DNA of 63,701 nt, filler included, from Clostridia bacterium (GTDB lineage Bacteria; CBDUZB01; JAGLHV01), in assembly GCA_030637025.1 (NCBI GenBank). It is 5 parts of 5 records of this genome, joined end to end, with 100 filler letters (N's around TTAATTAATTAA, not from the genome) between each part and the next. Parts side by side here need not be neighbours in the genome. Positions count along the whole stretch, not along the records: positions 1 to 14,673 come from DAOVVV010000048.1; positions 14,774 to 31,072 come from DAOVVV010000044.1; 3 more parts are not named here. One strand, written 5' to 3'. Under the pieces are notes generated by a model. That model saw nothing but the letters and a program-made list of their open reading frames with translations. It ran no database searches and was not told the DNA's origin. The position numbers and the translations under genes were made by a program. Shown piece by piece: positions 9,651 to 19,793 of this stretch. The stretch's first letter is position 1, and each line of letters begins with the position of its first letter.

Positions 9651-10553
9651 TCAAGGAATAATGTTTTGCGCCATTTCCCTCCCATAATTAATAGCTTCCT
9701 TTATTTTTACAGGATTAAATTCCAAGGTATCAATAACCTGCTTTTGAGGCATAATACTGATTACTTCAACCTCTCGATATTTATTAAAAGAAATATTCAT
9801 ATCCTTACATAAATCATCTTCCCCTTCCATTTTATTCATAATTCTCTTCCATAAGCGAACGCTGTCATTAACTTTTCTGGAAACTTTAAGGTCATTTTCG
9901 TATATCTCCGCAAGAATAATTTCCAGGCTTCTTATTCCAATATAAATTAAATTTTTATAATGCTTAGGATTATAAGACATTTCTCCAGGCGAAGCTAACA
10001 CCACAATAATTTTTTCCGCACCTAACTTTATGGCCGTAGAAAGTGGGGTAATATCCCTTATTGAACCATCAACAATTTGTTCATTATTCATAAAAGGGGG
10101 TTGAAAAGCTACAGGAATAGATGTGCTGGCTAAAATCCATTCTTTTAAATCTTTATTATTCTGGTCAATGGAAATATATTTTGTAGTCTGCAGAGATACA
10201 CTTCCTATCCTTAATTCTTTACCTCTTTTTCTGATTTTATCAGGATTTACATATTTATCTATTTTTTTCCGGAGAGGTTTATTACTGTACATACTTTGAC
10301 TACCCAACAATCCTCCTAAAATTCCCAGAAATTTCTTTCTATAAATATCCCGGTTGGATTTTATGCCTTCCCACAACTCTAATAATTTCGGAAAATCACC
10401 CTGGGCTACCATAGAAGCATTCAAACTTCCTACCGATACCCCACAAACAATATCAAAATCCATCTTTTTCTCATTAAGCAAATAATCAAGAACACCTACT
10501 TGAAAAGAGCCTTTTGCTCCTCCACCACTTAAAACTAAAGCTGTTTTTCCCAT
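9651..10553 (-). CDS. Patatin-like phospholipase
   Basis: LSGGGAKG, GVSVG (GxSxG), ASTSIP and VDGS (DGG variant). Confidence 0.9.
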   Translation of the reverse strand: MGKTALVLSGGGAKGSFQVGVLDYLLNEKKMDFDIVCGVSVGSLNASMVAQGDFPKLLELWEGIKSNRDIYRKKFLGILGGLLGSQSMYSNKPLRKKIDKYVNPDKIRKRGKELRIGSVSLQTTKYISIDQNNKDLKEWILASTSIPVAFQPPFMNNEQIVDGSIRDITPLSTAIKLGAEKIIVVLASPGEMSYNPKHYKNLIYIGIRSLEIILAEIYENDLKVSRKVNDSVRLWKRIMNKMEGEDDLCKDMNISFNKYREVEVISIMPQKQVIDTLEFNPVKIKEAINYGREMAQNIIP

Positions 10554-10745
10554 TTTAATTTGCCTTCCTTTCCTAATATAATATTAGACTTCTGCAAAAT
10601 AGATTTTTTATTTCTGTTGCTTTCCCGAGAAGCTTGTCCTCTAATTTTTTTCTGGCTTTTAAAGTCTTAAAAATTATACTATAATTAACTATTCCTTTCA
10701 AGAATTTAATTGTTCAGACTTAAAAGAAACAGAACAATAAATTTG

Positions 10746-10773
10746 TTGACAATAAAAACAAAAAGAATACAAT
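10746..10773 (+). promoter_or_regulatory. Sigma70-type promoter
   Basis: TTGACA-16-TACAAT upstream of the GT2 gene. Confidence 0.5.
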
Positions 10774-10810
10774 AGAAAATAAATCTATTTTTAAATTTAC
10801 AGGATAAAAA

Positions 10811-11653
10811 ATGAAACCCTTTATATCGGTAATCATACCCACTTACAACCGGCAGGAATTCTTAAAAATTGCCCTTCAGTCAGTATTAAACCAGACTTTA
10901 CAAGATTTTGAACTTTTAATTATTGATGATGGTTCAACAGACAACACCCGGGAGATGGTTAAATCTTTTAATAATCAAAAAATTAAATATTTTTACCAAA
11001 AAAATCAGGGGGTTTCTTCAGCAAGAAACAGGGGAATAAAATTAGCACAAGCCCCTTTTATTTCTTTCCTTGATTCAGATGATACATGGAAAAAAGAAAA
11101 ATTAGCCATTCAATATAAAACAATGACGGAAAACCATCAATATCTTTTATCACACACCGAAGAATTATGGTATAAAAATGCTAAAATATTAAATCCCAGG
11201 AAAATTCATAAAAAACAGCAGGGTAATGTTTTCCCACAATCATTAAAACTTTGTGCTATTAGCCCCTCGACTGTAATGATAAAAAAAGATTTATTTGACT
11301 TTATCGGCCTTTTTGATCAAAATCTTCTGGTTTGTGAAGATTATGACCTCTGGCTCAGGTTTACTGCTATTTTTCCGGTATTGTTAATCCCCCAAATATT
11401 AACTATTAAACAAGGCGGCCATTTCAGTCAACTTTCGCAAAAATTTCCCTGTATGGATAAATTCAGAATTTATTCTCTGGAAAAATTGTTAAATAATCCC
11501 GGAATAACCCTGAAAAATGAAAAATTAAAAATAACTATTAAAGAACTGCAGCGCAAATGCATTATTTACGGAAAAGGATGCCTGAAGCATAATAAAAAAG
11601 AAGAAGGAGAACACTACCTTGCCCTGGCAAAAAAATACAATTACCCAAAATAA
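10811..11653 (+). CDS. Glycosyltransferase family 2
   Basis: SVIIPTYNR, DDGSTD, GVSSARNRG, FLDSDD and EDYDLWLR. Confidence 0.92.
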   Translation: MKPFISVIIPTYNRQEFLKIALQSVLNQTLQDFELLIIDDGSTDNTREMVKSFNNQKIKYFYQKNQGVSSARNRGIKLAQAPFISFLDSDDTWKKEKLAIQYKTMTENHQYLLSHTEELWYKNAKILNPRKIHKKQQGNVFPQSLKLCAISPSTVMIKKDLFDFIGLFDQNLLVCEDYDLWLRFTAIFPVLLIPQILTIKQGGHFSQLSQKFPCMDKFRIYSLEKLLNNPGITLKNEKLKITIKELQRKCIIYGKGCLKHNKKEEGEHYLALAKKYNYPK

Positions 11654-13013
11654 CACAATCAAAAAAGAAATTGAGAAACTGATTAAAGAAAAACTTCCCA
11701 TCCCTTTGGGTTTAAACAAACAAAACGAAATTATAAGGTTAATCTTTGAAATTTTAAAAAAAAACAACCTCACCATCCCACAATTTTTAAATATTAGCGC
11801 AATAAAATCGTATTTATTTAAACAAAAAGCCGGATTTACAACCTTTAAAAAAATTCTTTTACAACTGCGATATCCTAAAACAATTAAAAATGAACCTATT
11901 AAAAATTATGAAATATTTCTGCCTCCGTTAAAACCCCAAAAAACAGATAAAAAATATGTTTATTCCGGAAAATTTAGGCCAAAATCTATTTATATCGAAA
12001 AAGAATGTTTAAATTATCCTCTTACCCAGGAAATCTTAAAAAAATTTCCGCAAATCAAACCCGAAATTATTACTAAAGTAAAAGATTTTCAACACCAAAA
12101 CAAAAAAAGCAGTACTTCACTAAAAAAAGATGAACTTTTTCTTATAAAAGAAAATTATGATATATTAAAACCCTGCCCCTGTACAAAAAAAGTCGTATCC
12201 TGTGGATATTACATTTTCAATTTAGGTTTTGGCTGTCCCTACGACTGCACTTACTGTTATCTCCAGCATTATACAAACTTTCCCGGAATACTCATACCGG
12301 TAAACATAGAAGGGATTTTGGGAAACCTGCAATTATTATTAAATCATACCAAAATAGCCCAAAAAAGAATCGGGACCGGCGAATTTACCGATTCACTTGC
12401 CCTGGATGATATTACCGGATATTCAAAACTACTGATTCCTTTTTTCAACCAAACAGAATATATTCTGGAATTCAAAACAAAAAGCACCAATATTGCTAAT
12501 ATTTTGAACTTTAAGCCTACGCCACATATTGTAATCTCCTGGTCTATAAATCCTCAAAAGATAATAGATTCCGAAGAACATTTTACTCCTTCACTGGAAG
12601 AAAGGCTCAAATCTGCAAAAAAATTGACTGAAGCAGGATTTAGAGTTGGTTTTCATTTTGACCCGGTAATTTACTATGAAACATGGGAAAAGGACTATCA
12701 GGATGTTATTGAAAAGATGTATCGTTATGCAGAAAAAAATATTGCATGGATAAGCATAGGCAGTTTAAGATTTCATCGAACACTTAAACCGGTAATTGAA
12801 AACAGATTCATAAACAGTAAGATTCTTAATGGTGAATTACTCATCCATCCCGGGGACAAAAAGATGCGTTATCCTGATTTTATGCGTAAAGAAATTTACT
12901 CAAAAATGTTACACTGGATAAGAAAATACGACAAAAACACTGCGGTATACCTGTGTATGGAATATCTTTATATCTGGAAAGATATCCACTTAAAATTACC
13001 TTATTTTTCGTAG
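11619..13013 (+). CDS. Spore photoproduct lyase-like radical SAM protein
   Basis: GCPYDCTYCYL, GEFTDSL, EFKTKS, SWSINP, GFHFDP and YLCME; start (TTG) uncertain. Confidence 0.8.
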   Translation: MPWQKNTITQNNTIKKEIEKLIKEKLPIPLGLNKQNEIIRLIFEILKKNNLTIPQFLNISAIKSYLFKQKAGFTTFKKILLQLRYPKTIKNEPIKNYEIFLPPLKPQKTDKKYVYSGKFRPKSIYIEKECLNYPLTQEILKKFPQIKPEIITKVKDFQHQNKKSSTSLKKDELFLIKENYDILKPCPCTKKVVSCGYYIFNLGFGCPYDCTYCYLQHYTNFPGILIPVNIEGILGNLQLLLNHTKIAQKRIGTGEFTDSLALDDITGYSKLLIPFFNQTEYILEFKTKSTNIANILNFKPTPHIVISWSINPQKIIDSEEHFTPSLEERLKSAKKLTEAGFRVGFHFDPVIYYETWEKDYQDVIEKMYRYAEKNIAWISIGSLRFHRTLKPVIENRFINSKILNGELLIHPGDKKMRYPDFMRKEIYSKMLHWIRKYDKNTAVYLCMEYLYIWKDIHLKLPYFS

Positions 13014-13061
13014 AATTTTTATTAGAAAAAAATAAGCAGGATATTCAAATTACTTGTTTTT

Positions 13062-13859
13062 TTATTTATTAATACCATTAAAAAGTTTTTTGGCTAACTC
13101 TTTGTTCTGATCCTTCAATATCTTATATTCATTAAGTGCTTCCCTTTGTCTACCTAATTGCAAATAAACCACCCCAAGATTATAATGTGCCTCCATATAA
13201 TTAGGATTTAAACTGGTTACAACTTTATATTCCCTTATCGCCTCCTCATACAAACCTTTCTTTAAATAAGCCAGGGCAAGATTATAATGTGCATCTATAT
13301 AATCAGGCTTTATGCTTATTAATACTTTATATTCAGCTATCGCCCCATCATAGAACCCTTTCTTTAAATAAGCCAAGCTAAGACTATAACGTGCATCTAT
13401 AAAATAAGGATCTATTCTGATCACTTCTTTATATTCCCTTATCTCCTCCTTCTCCAAACCTTTTTCCCCATAAATCAACCCAAGATTATAATGCACATCC
13501 GGATCATGAGGATTTATCCTTATCGCTGCTTTATATTCAGCTATCGTTTCATCATATAAACCCTTATCATAATAAATCAGTCCGAGGTTATAATGCGCTC
13601 GTGCATTATCTGGATTAATTCTCAACACTTCTTTATATTCCTCTATCGCCTTTTCAGATAATCCTCTTTCGTAATAAGTAAAACCAAGCTCATAGTGAGC
13701 CTCTGCATCATTGGGATTGTGCTTAATTACTTCTTTTAACTCTCCTACCATGTCATTATACAAATCATCTTCCGGATTTGAACAACTACATAAAAACCAC
13801 AGCGCAACTAAAACTATTGTCAAAACATGTTTTTTGCTGTTTGTTTTAAGAAAATTCAT
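13062..13859 (-). CDS. TPR-repeat lipoprotein (start revised to ATG 13859)
   Basis: AAGGAG RBS before MNFLK; lipobox FLCSC; TPR units; same C-terminal EALNEYKILK cap as its paralogs. Confidence 0.85.
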   Translation of the reverse strand: MNFLKTNSKKHVLTIVLVALWFLCSCSNPEDDLYNDMVGELKEVIKHNPNDAEAHYELGFTYYERGLSEKAIEEYKEVLRINPDNARAHYNLGLIYYDKGLYDETIAEYKAAIRINPHDPDVHYNLGLIYGEKGLEKEEIREYKEVIRIDPYFIDARYSLSLAYLKKGFYDGAIAEYKVLISIKPDYIDAHYNLALAYLKKGLYEEAIREYKVVTSLNPNYMEAHYNLGVVYLQLGRQREALNEYKILKDQNKELAKKLFNGINK

Positions 13860-13989
13860 TTTTTTCTCCTTTTTTAAGAGGACCACCCAATTTATTTTCT
13901 GCTTCGCTTTTTTTTCTCTTGTCCTGAAATAATGAACACTTTCTATATTTTTATCCTGCCTTCTCTTTTTTAAACATATCACAAAAATC

Positions 13990-14330
13990 AGAAAAAATAA
14001 AGACAAAATGTGTTTTAAATTTAGTATTTACCTTTTATTTAAATCCCCTTAACCATCTTTTTCAAAGGGGGAAAATTTGTTCGCGCCATACATTGTCATA
14101 AATTGTGTTTGACTATTTTTTCAAACTCCCAAATCCCAAATTCAAACTTCAAAATACCAACTTCGAAATCTCAAACATCCTCATTCAATACTTCGATTAC
14201 ACTCAGTACAAATTCCTTGAGCAACTACAACCAAATTTGCCACTCGCTATTTACCGTCTTTTATCTCTTTCTTTTAACTTTGTGCCTCTGTGCCTTGATG
14301 CCTTTGTGCCTATCTTTTTCTTTTAACCAT
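13990..14330. repeat. Intergenic mosaic of REP/short-repeat families
   Basis: Contains a degenerate AAATAAAG.CAAAATGTGTTTT end, a CCCC..TTTTTCAAAGGGGG hairpin, heptamer-like CAAAT(C/T)(C/T) runs and the TTTGTGCCTCTGTGCCTTGATGCCTTTGTGCC element. Confidence 0.7.
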
Positions 14331-14336
14331 CTTTAT

Positions 14337-14672
14337 CTATTTCGCCACCACAACAGTCCCGTTAAATACTTTACCATCTACTTTAATCTGATATATATAT
14401 ACCTTTCCGCTTACAATAGACCCACTATTATTCCGACCGTCCCAGGTTAAAGATGTAATACTACTTGATGGTAAGTTATCCCTCACCACACTGCCCGATA
14501 AATCAAATATCATTCCTTCAACTGTTTCGTTATTAGGATTGGTAAAAATAAAATTAGCTAACTCATTTATTCCATCCCCGTTAGGCGTAATTATCTTAGG
14601 GGTTAGTTTAACAAAACGAGAATCATCTTCCTCCTGATAACTAATGTTTCCCCTGATTTCAAATCCTCCTGC
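14337..14672 (-). CDS. C-terminus of a secreted protein with gliding-motility/T9SS-type (FlgD Ig-like) C-terminal domain (partial, not in ORF track)
   Basis: Manual translation ...PKIITPNGDGINELANFIFTNPNNETVEGMIFDLSGSVVRDNL...LTWDGRNNSGSIVSGKVYIYQIKVDGKVFNGTVVVAK*. Confidence 0.8.
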   Translation of the reverse strand, partial: AGGFEIRGNISYQEEDDSRFVKLTPKIITPNGDGINELANFIFTNPNNETVEGMIFDLSGSVVRDNLPSSSITSLTWDGRNNSGSIVSGKVYIYQIKVDGKVFNGTVVVAK

Positions 14673-14673
14673 C

Positions 14674-14773
14674 NNNNNNNNNNNNNNNNNNNNNNNNNNN
14701 NNNNNNNNNNNNNNNNNTTAATTAATTAANNNNNNNNNNNNNNNNNNNNNNNNNNNNNNNNNNNNNNNNNNNN
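14674..14773. other. Artificial contig linker
   Basis: N44-TTAATTAATTAA-N44. Confidence 0.97.
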
Positions 14774-15900
14774 AATTCTCTGGAAATAGACACATCAATA
14801 TCCGGGGTAATCCCTATATCATGAATACATCTGCCTTTAGGCGTATAATATTTAGCAGTGGTCAACCTTAATGCAGAACCATCGGAAAGAGGAATAACTG
14901 TCTGTACCGATCCTTTACCAAAAGTTTGTGCTCCTAAAATAACGCCTCTCTTCCAATCCTGAATTGCCCCGGCAACAATCTCCGAAGCAGAAGCCGAACC
15001 TTTATTTACTAAAACAACCATCGGGTAAAAAGAATTTTTCTTTTTCTTATCGGCAAAAAATTTCAGTTCCTGATTATTATCCCTGCCTTCTGTATAAACA
15101 ATTAACTTTTCCTGGCCAATAAATCTCTTAACCACATCTACCGATATAGTTAAAAGTCCTCCCGGATTATTGCGTAAATCCAGAATAAAATTTTTCATTC
15201 CTTTTTTCTCTAAAGCGGATAAAGCTTTATCAAAATCTTCCAAAGCATTTTCAGTAAAATCCAGCAAATGAATATAACCGATAGAATGATCCAACATTCT
15301 CCAGCGAACACTTTTAATTTTAATAATGTCCCTGATAATAGTAAATTCTATCGGTTCTTTTTCACCCTCCCGGAAAATAGTAATAGTTATTTTTGTCCCT
15401 TTAGGTCCTCTTAGTTTTTTTACTGCTTCCATAAGAGTAATGTCTTTAATATCTTCTTCTCCTACTTTTATTATTTTATCCCCGGGAAGAATGCCTTGAC
15501 GATAAGCAGGCGTTCCGGGCAGAGGAGTAATTACCGTAAGATAATTATCTCTTATGGCAATACGTATCCCCAATCCGCCAAATTCTCCCTTAGTTTCTAC
15601 TTTCATTTCTTTATACTCATCAGGGTCCATAAACTGAGAAAAACAATCCAGAGTTCTTACCATTCCACTAACCGCGCCATAAATCAATTCTTTAATATCG
15701 ACTTTTTCTACATATTTATCCTGAACTAAAGATAATACCTCTGAAAATAACCTTATGTGATTATAAAATTGATTATCTACTGCATGAGCCGAAGGAGAAA
15801 AAACAATCTTCCCCATACTTACGAAAATAATAAGAAATAGAATCATTCCTATTCCTAAACCTAAAAAAATCTTTCCTGTGTTACTTTTTTTATTAGACAT
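14774..15900 (-). CDS. ctpA: Carboxyl-terminal processing protease, S41 family (3' truncated)
   Basis: PDZ GEFGGLGI, LDLRNNPGG, SASASEI, FGKGSVQ and LTTAKYYTP. Confidence 0.93.
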
Positions 15901-15959
15901 TTCTTTCCCTTCCTTTATTAATAAATTTTTAAATTCCTTTATAACTATTTTTTTTTAGT

Positions 15960-17192
15960 TTAATTCTTTTTTCTAAGCCAATTCAACGGATTTTGCGGTT
16001 TCCCGTTTTTCCTAACCTCAAAATAAAGAGAACTACCCAGCCTTACTTCCCCTACTACCTCTCCTTCTTTTACTGTTTTCCCGATAGAAACCTTAAGTTT
16101 GGATAAATGCCCGTAAATCGTATAAAATCCACCTCCATGATCAATAATAATCATTTTACCGTACATCTGAAAAATATCGGCAAACATTACTTTCCCATGA
16201 GCTATATTATTTACTTCTTTAAACACTCCGGACTTAATTTTGATGCCGTTATTTATTACATAAGTATCTAACTGAGAATGTTTACGCTTTCCAAAAAAAG
16301 ACACCACTCTCCCTGCTATTGGCCAGGATAATGAACCTTTTCTTTGAATGACAAGTAATCCTTTTTCTTTTTCTCCTTCTAAAAATCTTGTTTGTTTATC
16401 TAAAATATTAACCAGTTTTTGTAATGCTTTTGCACTTTGTTCTAATTTTTTAATTTCTTTTTCATAAGCTGCTTTTTTATTGCGCAGTTTTTTTCTTAAA
16501 ACAACTTTCTTTTTTTTATTATCTAAAAAAACAATTTCTTTTTGTTTAGTTTCCTTTCTGATTTTTTCCGAAAGCATCTTCTCAGCCATTAAATCTTTTT
16601 TTAACTTTTCAATTAATTGTTCACTTTTTTTTGCTTCCTGAAAAGTATTCAGCCTTTTCCTGGTTATTGCTTTTAAAAACTCGTATTTTTTTATAAGATC
16701 GGCAATGGGTTTTGATGAAATCAATCCTTTTGCCCAAAAATCATATTCGGAAATATCCCATAATCTTTCAACATAAATAAAATATAACTCTTTTTTTAAA
16801 ATCTCTAAATGATTAACTCTCTCTTTTTGCACAATTTTTAATTCTTTATTAATCATTTCTATTTTGTCTTTAGTCATTAAAAGATGTTCTTTAAAATAAA
16901 TTAATTCTTTTTCTATTTTAGACAACTTACCATTTAAGGATTTAATTTCCCCTGCTATGTTTTGTTCTTTTTTTTCAACTTTGGTTTTATCTCTTTTTTT
17001 TTGCTGAATTTTATTTTGAATATCATCAATGTTTTTTTTACTATCTTCTATTTCATTTTTAACTTTATCCAGTTTTTTATCATAGTTTATTTCACTATAA
17101 AGTACGGTAGAAAAAAAGAAGATACACCCCAGACCAAACAAAATCAATAGTCTTCCATTCTTTTTTACTTTGGTAAAAAACTTAATTTCCAC
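15960..17192 (-). CDS. envC: Murein hydrolase activator EnvC (coiled coil plus degenerate M23)
   Basis: Long coiled coil; LSWPIAG, NNGIKI, YGKMIIIDHG and LYFEVR; follows ftsEX. Confidence 0.85.
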   Translation of the reverse strand: MEIKFFTKVKKNGRLLILFGLGCIFFFSTVLYSEINYDKKLDKVKNEIEDSKKNIDDIQNKIQQKKRDKTKVEKKEQNIAGEIKSLNGKLSKIEKELIYFKEHLLMTKDKIEMINKELKIVQKERVNHLEILKKELYFIYVERLWDISEYDFWAKGLISSKPIADLIKKYEFLKAITRKRLNTFQEAKKSEQLIEKLKKDLMAEKMLSEKIRKETKQKEIVFLDNKKKKVVLRKKLRNKKAAYEKEIKKLEQSAKALQKLVNILDKQTRFLEGEKEKGLLVIQRKGSLSWPIAGRVVSFFGKRKHSQLDTYVINNGIKIKSGVFKEVNNIAHGKVMFADIFQMYGKMIIIDHGGGFYTIYGHLSKLKVSIGKTVKEGEVVGEVRLGSSLYFEVRKNGKPQNPLNWLRKKN

Positions 17193-17244
17193 TCAAGAAT
17201 ACCTTTTAAAAAATAAATTTAATATTTTAAATTCCAACCTTAGC

Positions 17245-18093
17245 TTATATTTCAATATATTTTTGTATAGAAATAAAACTGCCGACAAACCCTACCAATA
17301 TCCCCGCTGCTCCCAAAGCTGCTATTATAAACCATGGCAAAAAAAGAATCCCCTCAAACCTTAAAATCAATAAATAATAACTACCCCCCAGAAATCCCAA
17401 TCCGAGCCCCCCCCCTAATAATCCCGCAATTAATCCCTCCAACAAAAAAGGCATACGGATAAAACCGGCTGTTGCTCCCACCAACTGCATTATTCTAATC
17501 TCATCCTCTCTCAACGAAACAACTAAATGAATGGTATAATAAACCATAGATAAACTAATCAGTCCTAATATAATACCCAACCCTATCCCAATGGATTTTA
17601 TAAAAAAGATAATTTTATTTAAATTTTTCACCTCTTCCTGTCCATATCTTACCTCTTTTATCCCCTCAAAAAACCCAATTCGCTTTGCTATATTATTTAA
17701 TTGCTCCATGTTTTTATCAATGAGTTTTATATTAAAAGAAGCGGGTAAAGGGTTTTCTCCTATCATTTTTATGTAATGAGCAATTTCCGGGTCCTTACCT
17801 AAATCACTTAATGCCTCTTCTTTAGAAGTATAGGTTATATCTTCGATATTGCCCATATTAAATATTTTTTTTCGTATAGAGCTAATTTCTTCTATGGTTA
17901 AATCATCATCCAGAAAGACAACAACCCCTACCTTTTCTTTTAAATCATTTATTACTTTATTTAAATTAGTCCCGATTAAGAAAAAAACGCCCATGATTAA
18001 AATAGAAATACTTAACGACCATATAGCACTTAAATTAGCTAATTTTTTCCGTGAAAAATTGTTTTTTGCTTCCCTCATAGCATGCTGTATCAT
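17245..18093 (-). CDS. ftsX: Cell division permease FtsX
   Basis: ENPLPAS, REDEIRIMQLVGAT..FIRMPFLLEG. Confidence 0.93.
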   Translation of the reverse strand: MIQHAMREAKNNFSRKKLANLSAIWSLSISILIMGVFFLIGTNLNKVINDLKEKVGVVVFLDDDLTIEEISSIRKKIFNMGNIEDITYTSKEEALSDLGKDPEIAHYIKMIGENPLPASFNIKLIDKNMEQLNNIAKRIGFFEGIKEVRYGQEEVKNLNKIIFFIKSIGIGLGIILGLISLSMVYYTIHLVVSLREDEIRIMQLVGATAGFIRMPFLLEGLIAGLLGGGLGLGFLGGSYYLLILRFEGILFLPWFIIAALGAAGILVGFVGSFISIQKYIEI

Positions 18094-18770
18094 TATTCTT
18101 TAGCCTTTCCTCCTACTAATTTTAATAACCGATGAGAAATATCATTAAACTCTATTCTCGGATTATTAGTAGCCATAATAACAGTAACACCTTCTTGATT
18201 ACTTTTTTTTAAAATCTGGATAAGTTCATCTTGTGTCTGCATATCTAAATTAGCTAACGGCTCATCGGCTAAAATAATTTCAGGATTGTTTACCAATGCC
18301 CGGGAAATACATAATTTCTGTCTTTCTCCATGGGATAACTGATAAGGGTATAAATTCTTTTTTCTGATTAAATCCACTTTGTTAAGTATTCTGCAAACTT
18401 TGTCAAAAATTACTTCTTTTGGTAAATCAATAGCAGAAAGGACAAAAGCAATATTTTCAAAAGCAGTTTTTTTATATAACAATTTAAAATCCTGAAAAAT
18501 CATTCCTACCTTTCGGCGCAAATAAGGAATATGTCTTTTTTTCATTTCACTCAAATCCTGTTCACCCCAAAATACTTTTCCTGCTGAAGCATATTCCTGG
18601 CAGGTAATCATTTTTAAAAAAGTAGTTTTTCCTGATCCGTTAGGACCGAATAACACAAAAAATTCCCCTTTTTTTATTTCTATATTAATATCTACCAATG
18701 CACTAATCTGCTCTTCCATATCACTGGTTTTCGCAGAATAATATTTACAAACATGTTCAAATCGAATCAT
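18093..18770 (-). CDS. ftsE: Cell division ATP-binding protein FtsE
   Basis: GPNGSGKT, IPYLRRKVGMIFQDFKLL and LADEP; signature variant LSHGE. Confidence 0.9.
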   Translation of the reverse strand: MIRFEHVCKYYSAKTSDMEEQISALVDINIEIKKGEFFVLFGPNGSGKTTFLKMITCQEYASAGKVFWGEQDLSEMKKRHIPYLRRKVGMIFQDFKLLYKKTAFENIAFVLSAIDLPKEVIFDKVCRILNKVDLIRKKNLYPYQLSHGERQKLCISRALVNNPEIILADEPLANLDMQTQDELIQILKKSNQEGVTVIMATNNPRIEFNDISHRLLKLVGGKAKE

Positions 18771-18788
18771 CTTTTTTCCTTTTTAAGT

Positions 18789-19649
18789 CTATCCAATATA
18801 TTTCCCAACCAATAATTTTAATTTTTTAGCTGCTTCCCGGTCAATAGAATCTTTTGCTGTTTGAATCGCTCCGGCTAAAACCGTAGCACATTCACATTTT
18901 CGTTCTCTTTGAAGATGAGGAATAACCGTTTTAATTAATCCTTTTACCTTTTCCACATTTACTTTAACATTACCTAAAACCCTCTCTACAGTCACTTCTT
19001 CCCCTTCTTTCCAGACATCATAATCTGTAACCAGGGCAATGGTAGCATAACATATTTCTGCTTCTCTGGCTAATTTAGCCTCGGGAATATTGGTCATACC
19101 AATAATAGAAAAACCCAATTGGCGGTATACCTTTGACTCGGCACGCGTAGAAAACTGCGGCCCTTCAATACAAACATAAGTACCTCCGTATTTTACGGAA
19201 AGCTGTTTTTCTTTTGCGACATTATAAAGAATACGGGACAAATCCACACAGTAGGGATTAGCAAAAGGTACATGTGCCACTATTCCTTCACTAAAAAATG
19301 TCGAAACCCTATTCCGGGTACGATCAAATAACTGGTCCGGAATAACAAAATCCCGTGGTTTAATTTCTTCTTTTAAACTTCCCACCGCAGAAACGGAAAT
19401 AATTTGTTCCACTCCTAAACTTTTTAAAGCATAGATGTTTGCCCTAACATTAATTTGGGTGGGTGAAATTCTGTGCCCTTCTCCATGCCGGGGAAGAAAA
19501 GCAACCGGAATATTTTCCACCATTCCGACAGTTAAAAAATCAGAAGGAGCACCAAAAGGTGTTTTTACCTCTACTTTACGAACATCCTTAATACCCGGTA
19601 TCTGATCAACCCCACTGCCCCCTATTATTCCTATCTTTATCTTTTCCAT
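18789..19649 (-). CDS. mtnP: S-methyl-5'-thioadenosine phosphorylase
   Basis: GIIGGSG, FLPRHG, EGPQFSTRAES, GMTNIPEAKLAREAE and VTDYD. Confidence 0.93.
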   Translation of the reverse strand: MEKIKIGIIGGSGVDQIPGIKDVRKVEVKTPFGAPSDFLTVGMVENIPVAFLPRHGEGHRISPTQINVRANIYALKSLGVEQIISVSAVGSLKEEIKPRDFVIPDQLFDRTRNRVSTFFSEGIVAHVPFANPYCVDLSRILYNVAKEKQLSVKYGGTYVCIEGPQFSTRAESKVYRQLGFSIIGMTNIPEAKLAREAEICYATIALVTDYDVWKEGEEVTVERVLGNVKVNVEKVKGLIKTVIPHLQRERKCECATVLAGAIQTAKDSIDREAAKKLKLLVGKYIG

Positions 19650-19682
19650 AATTTAAAGCTCCTTATCCTTTAGTTATTTGTT

Positions 19683-19778
19683 AGACTTCTGCAAAATAGC
19701 CTTTTTACCTTTATTGCCTGCCCGCCAGTTCTTAAGGAGGGTCATTCCTGCGAAAGCAGGAATCTATCGGTATTTAAA
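19683..19778 (-). repeat. MITE-like family 1, partial copy A (inverted)
   Basis: AGACTTCTGCAAAATAGCC...GTCATTCCTGCGAAAGCAGGAATC; reverse complement of the right half of copies B and C. Confidence 0.8.
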
Positions 19779-19793
19779 ACACCTTTTATACTT

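Noticed and set aside
9651-10553. CBASS (CapV) system
   Set aside because: No CD-NTase or other CBASS gene adjacent
14103-14450. ORFs 14103-14450 and 14105-14326
   Set aside because: They translate intergenic short repeats and overlap the real minus-strand CTD gene
14674-14773. TTAATTAATTAA motif as a biological site (also at 31073, 56393 and 61464)
   Set aside because: Identical N-padded linker with stops in all frames; an artificial contig join
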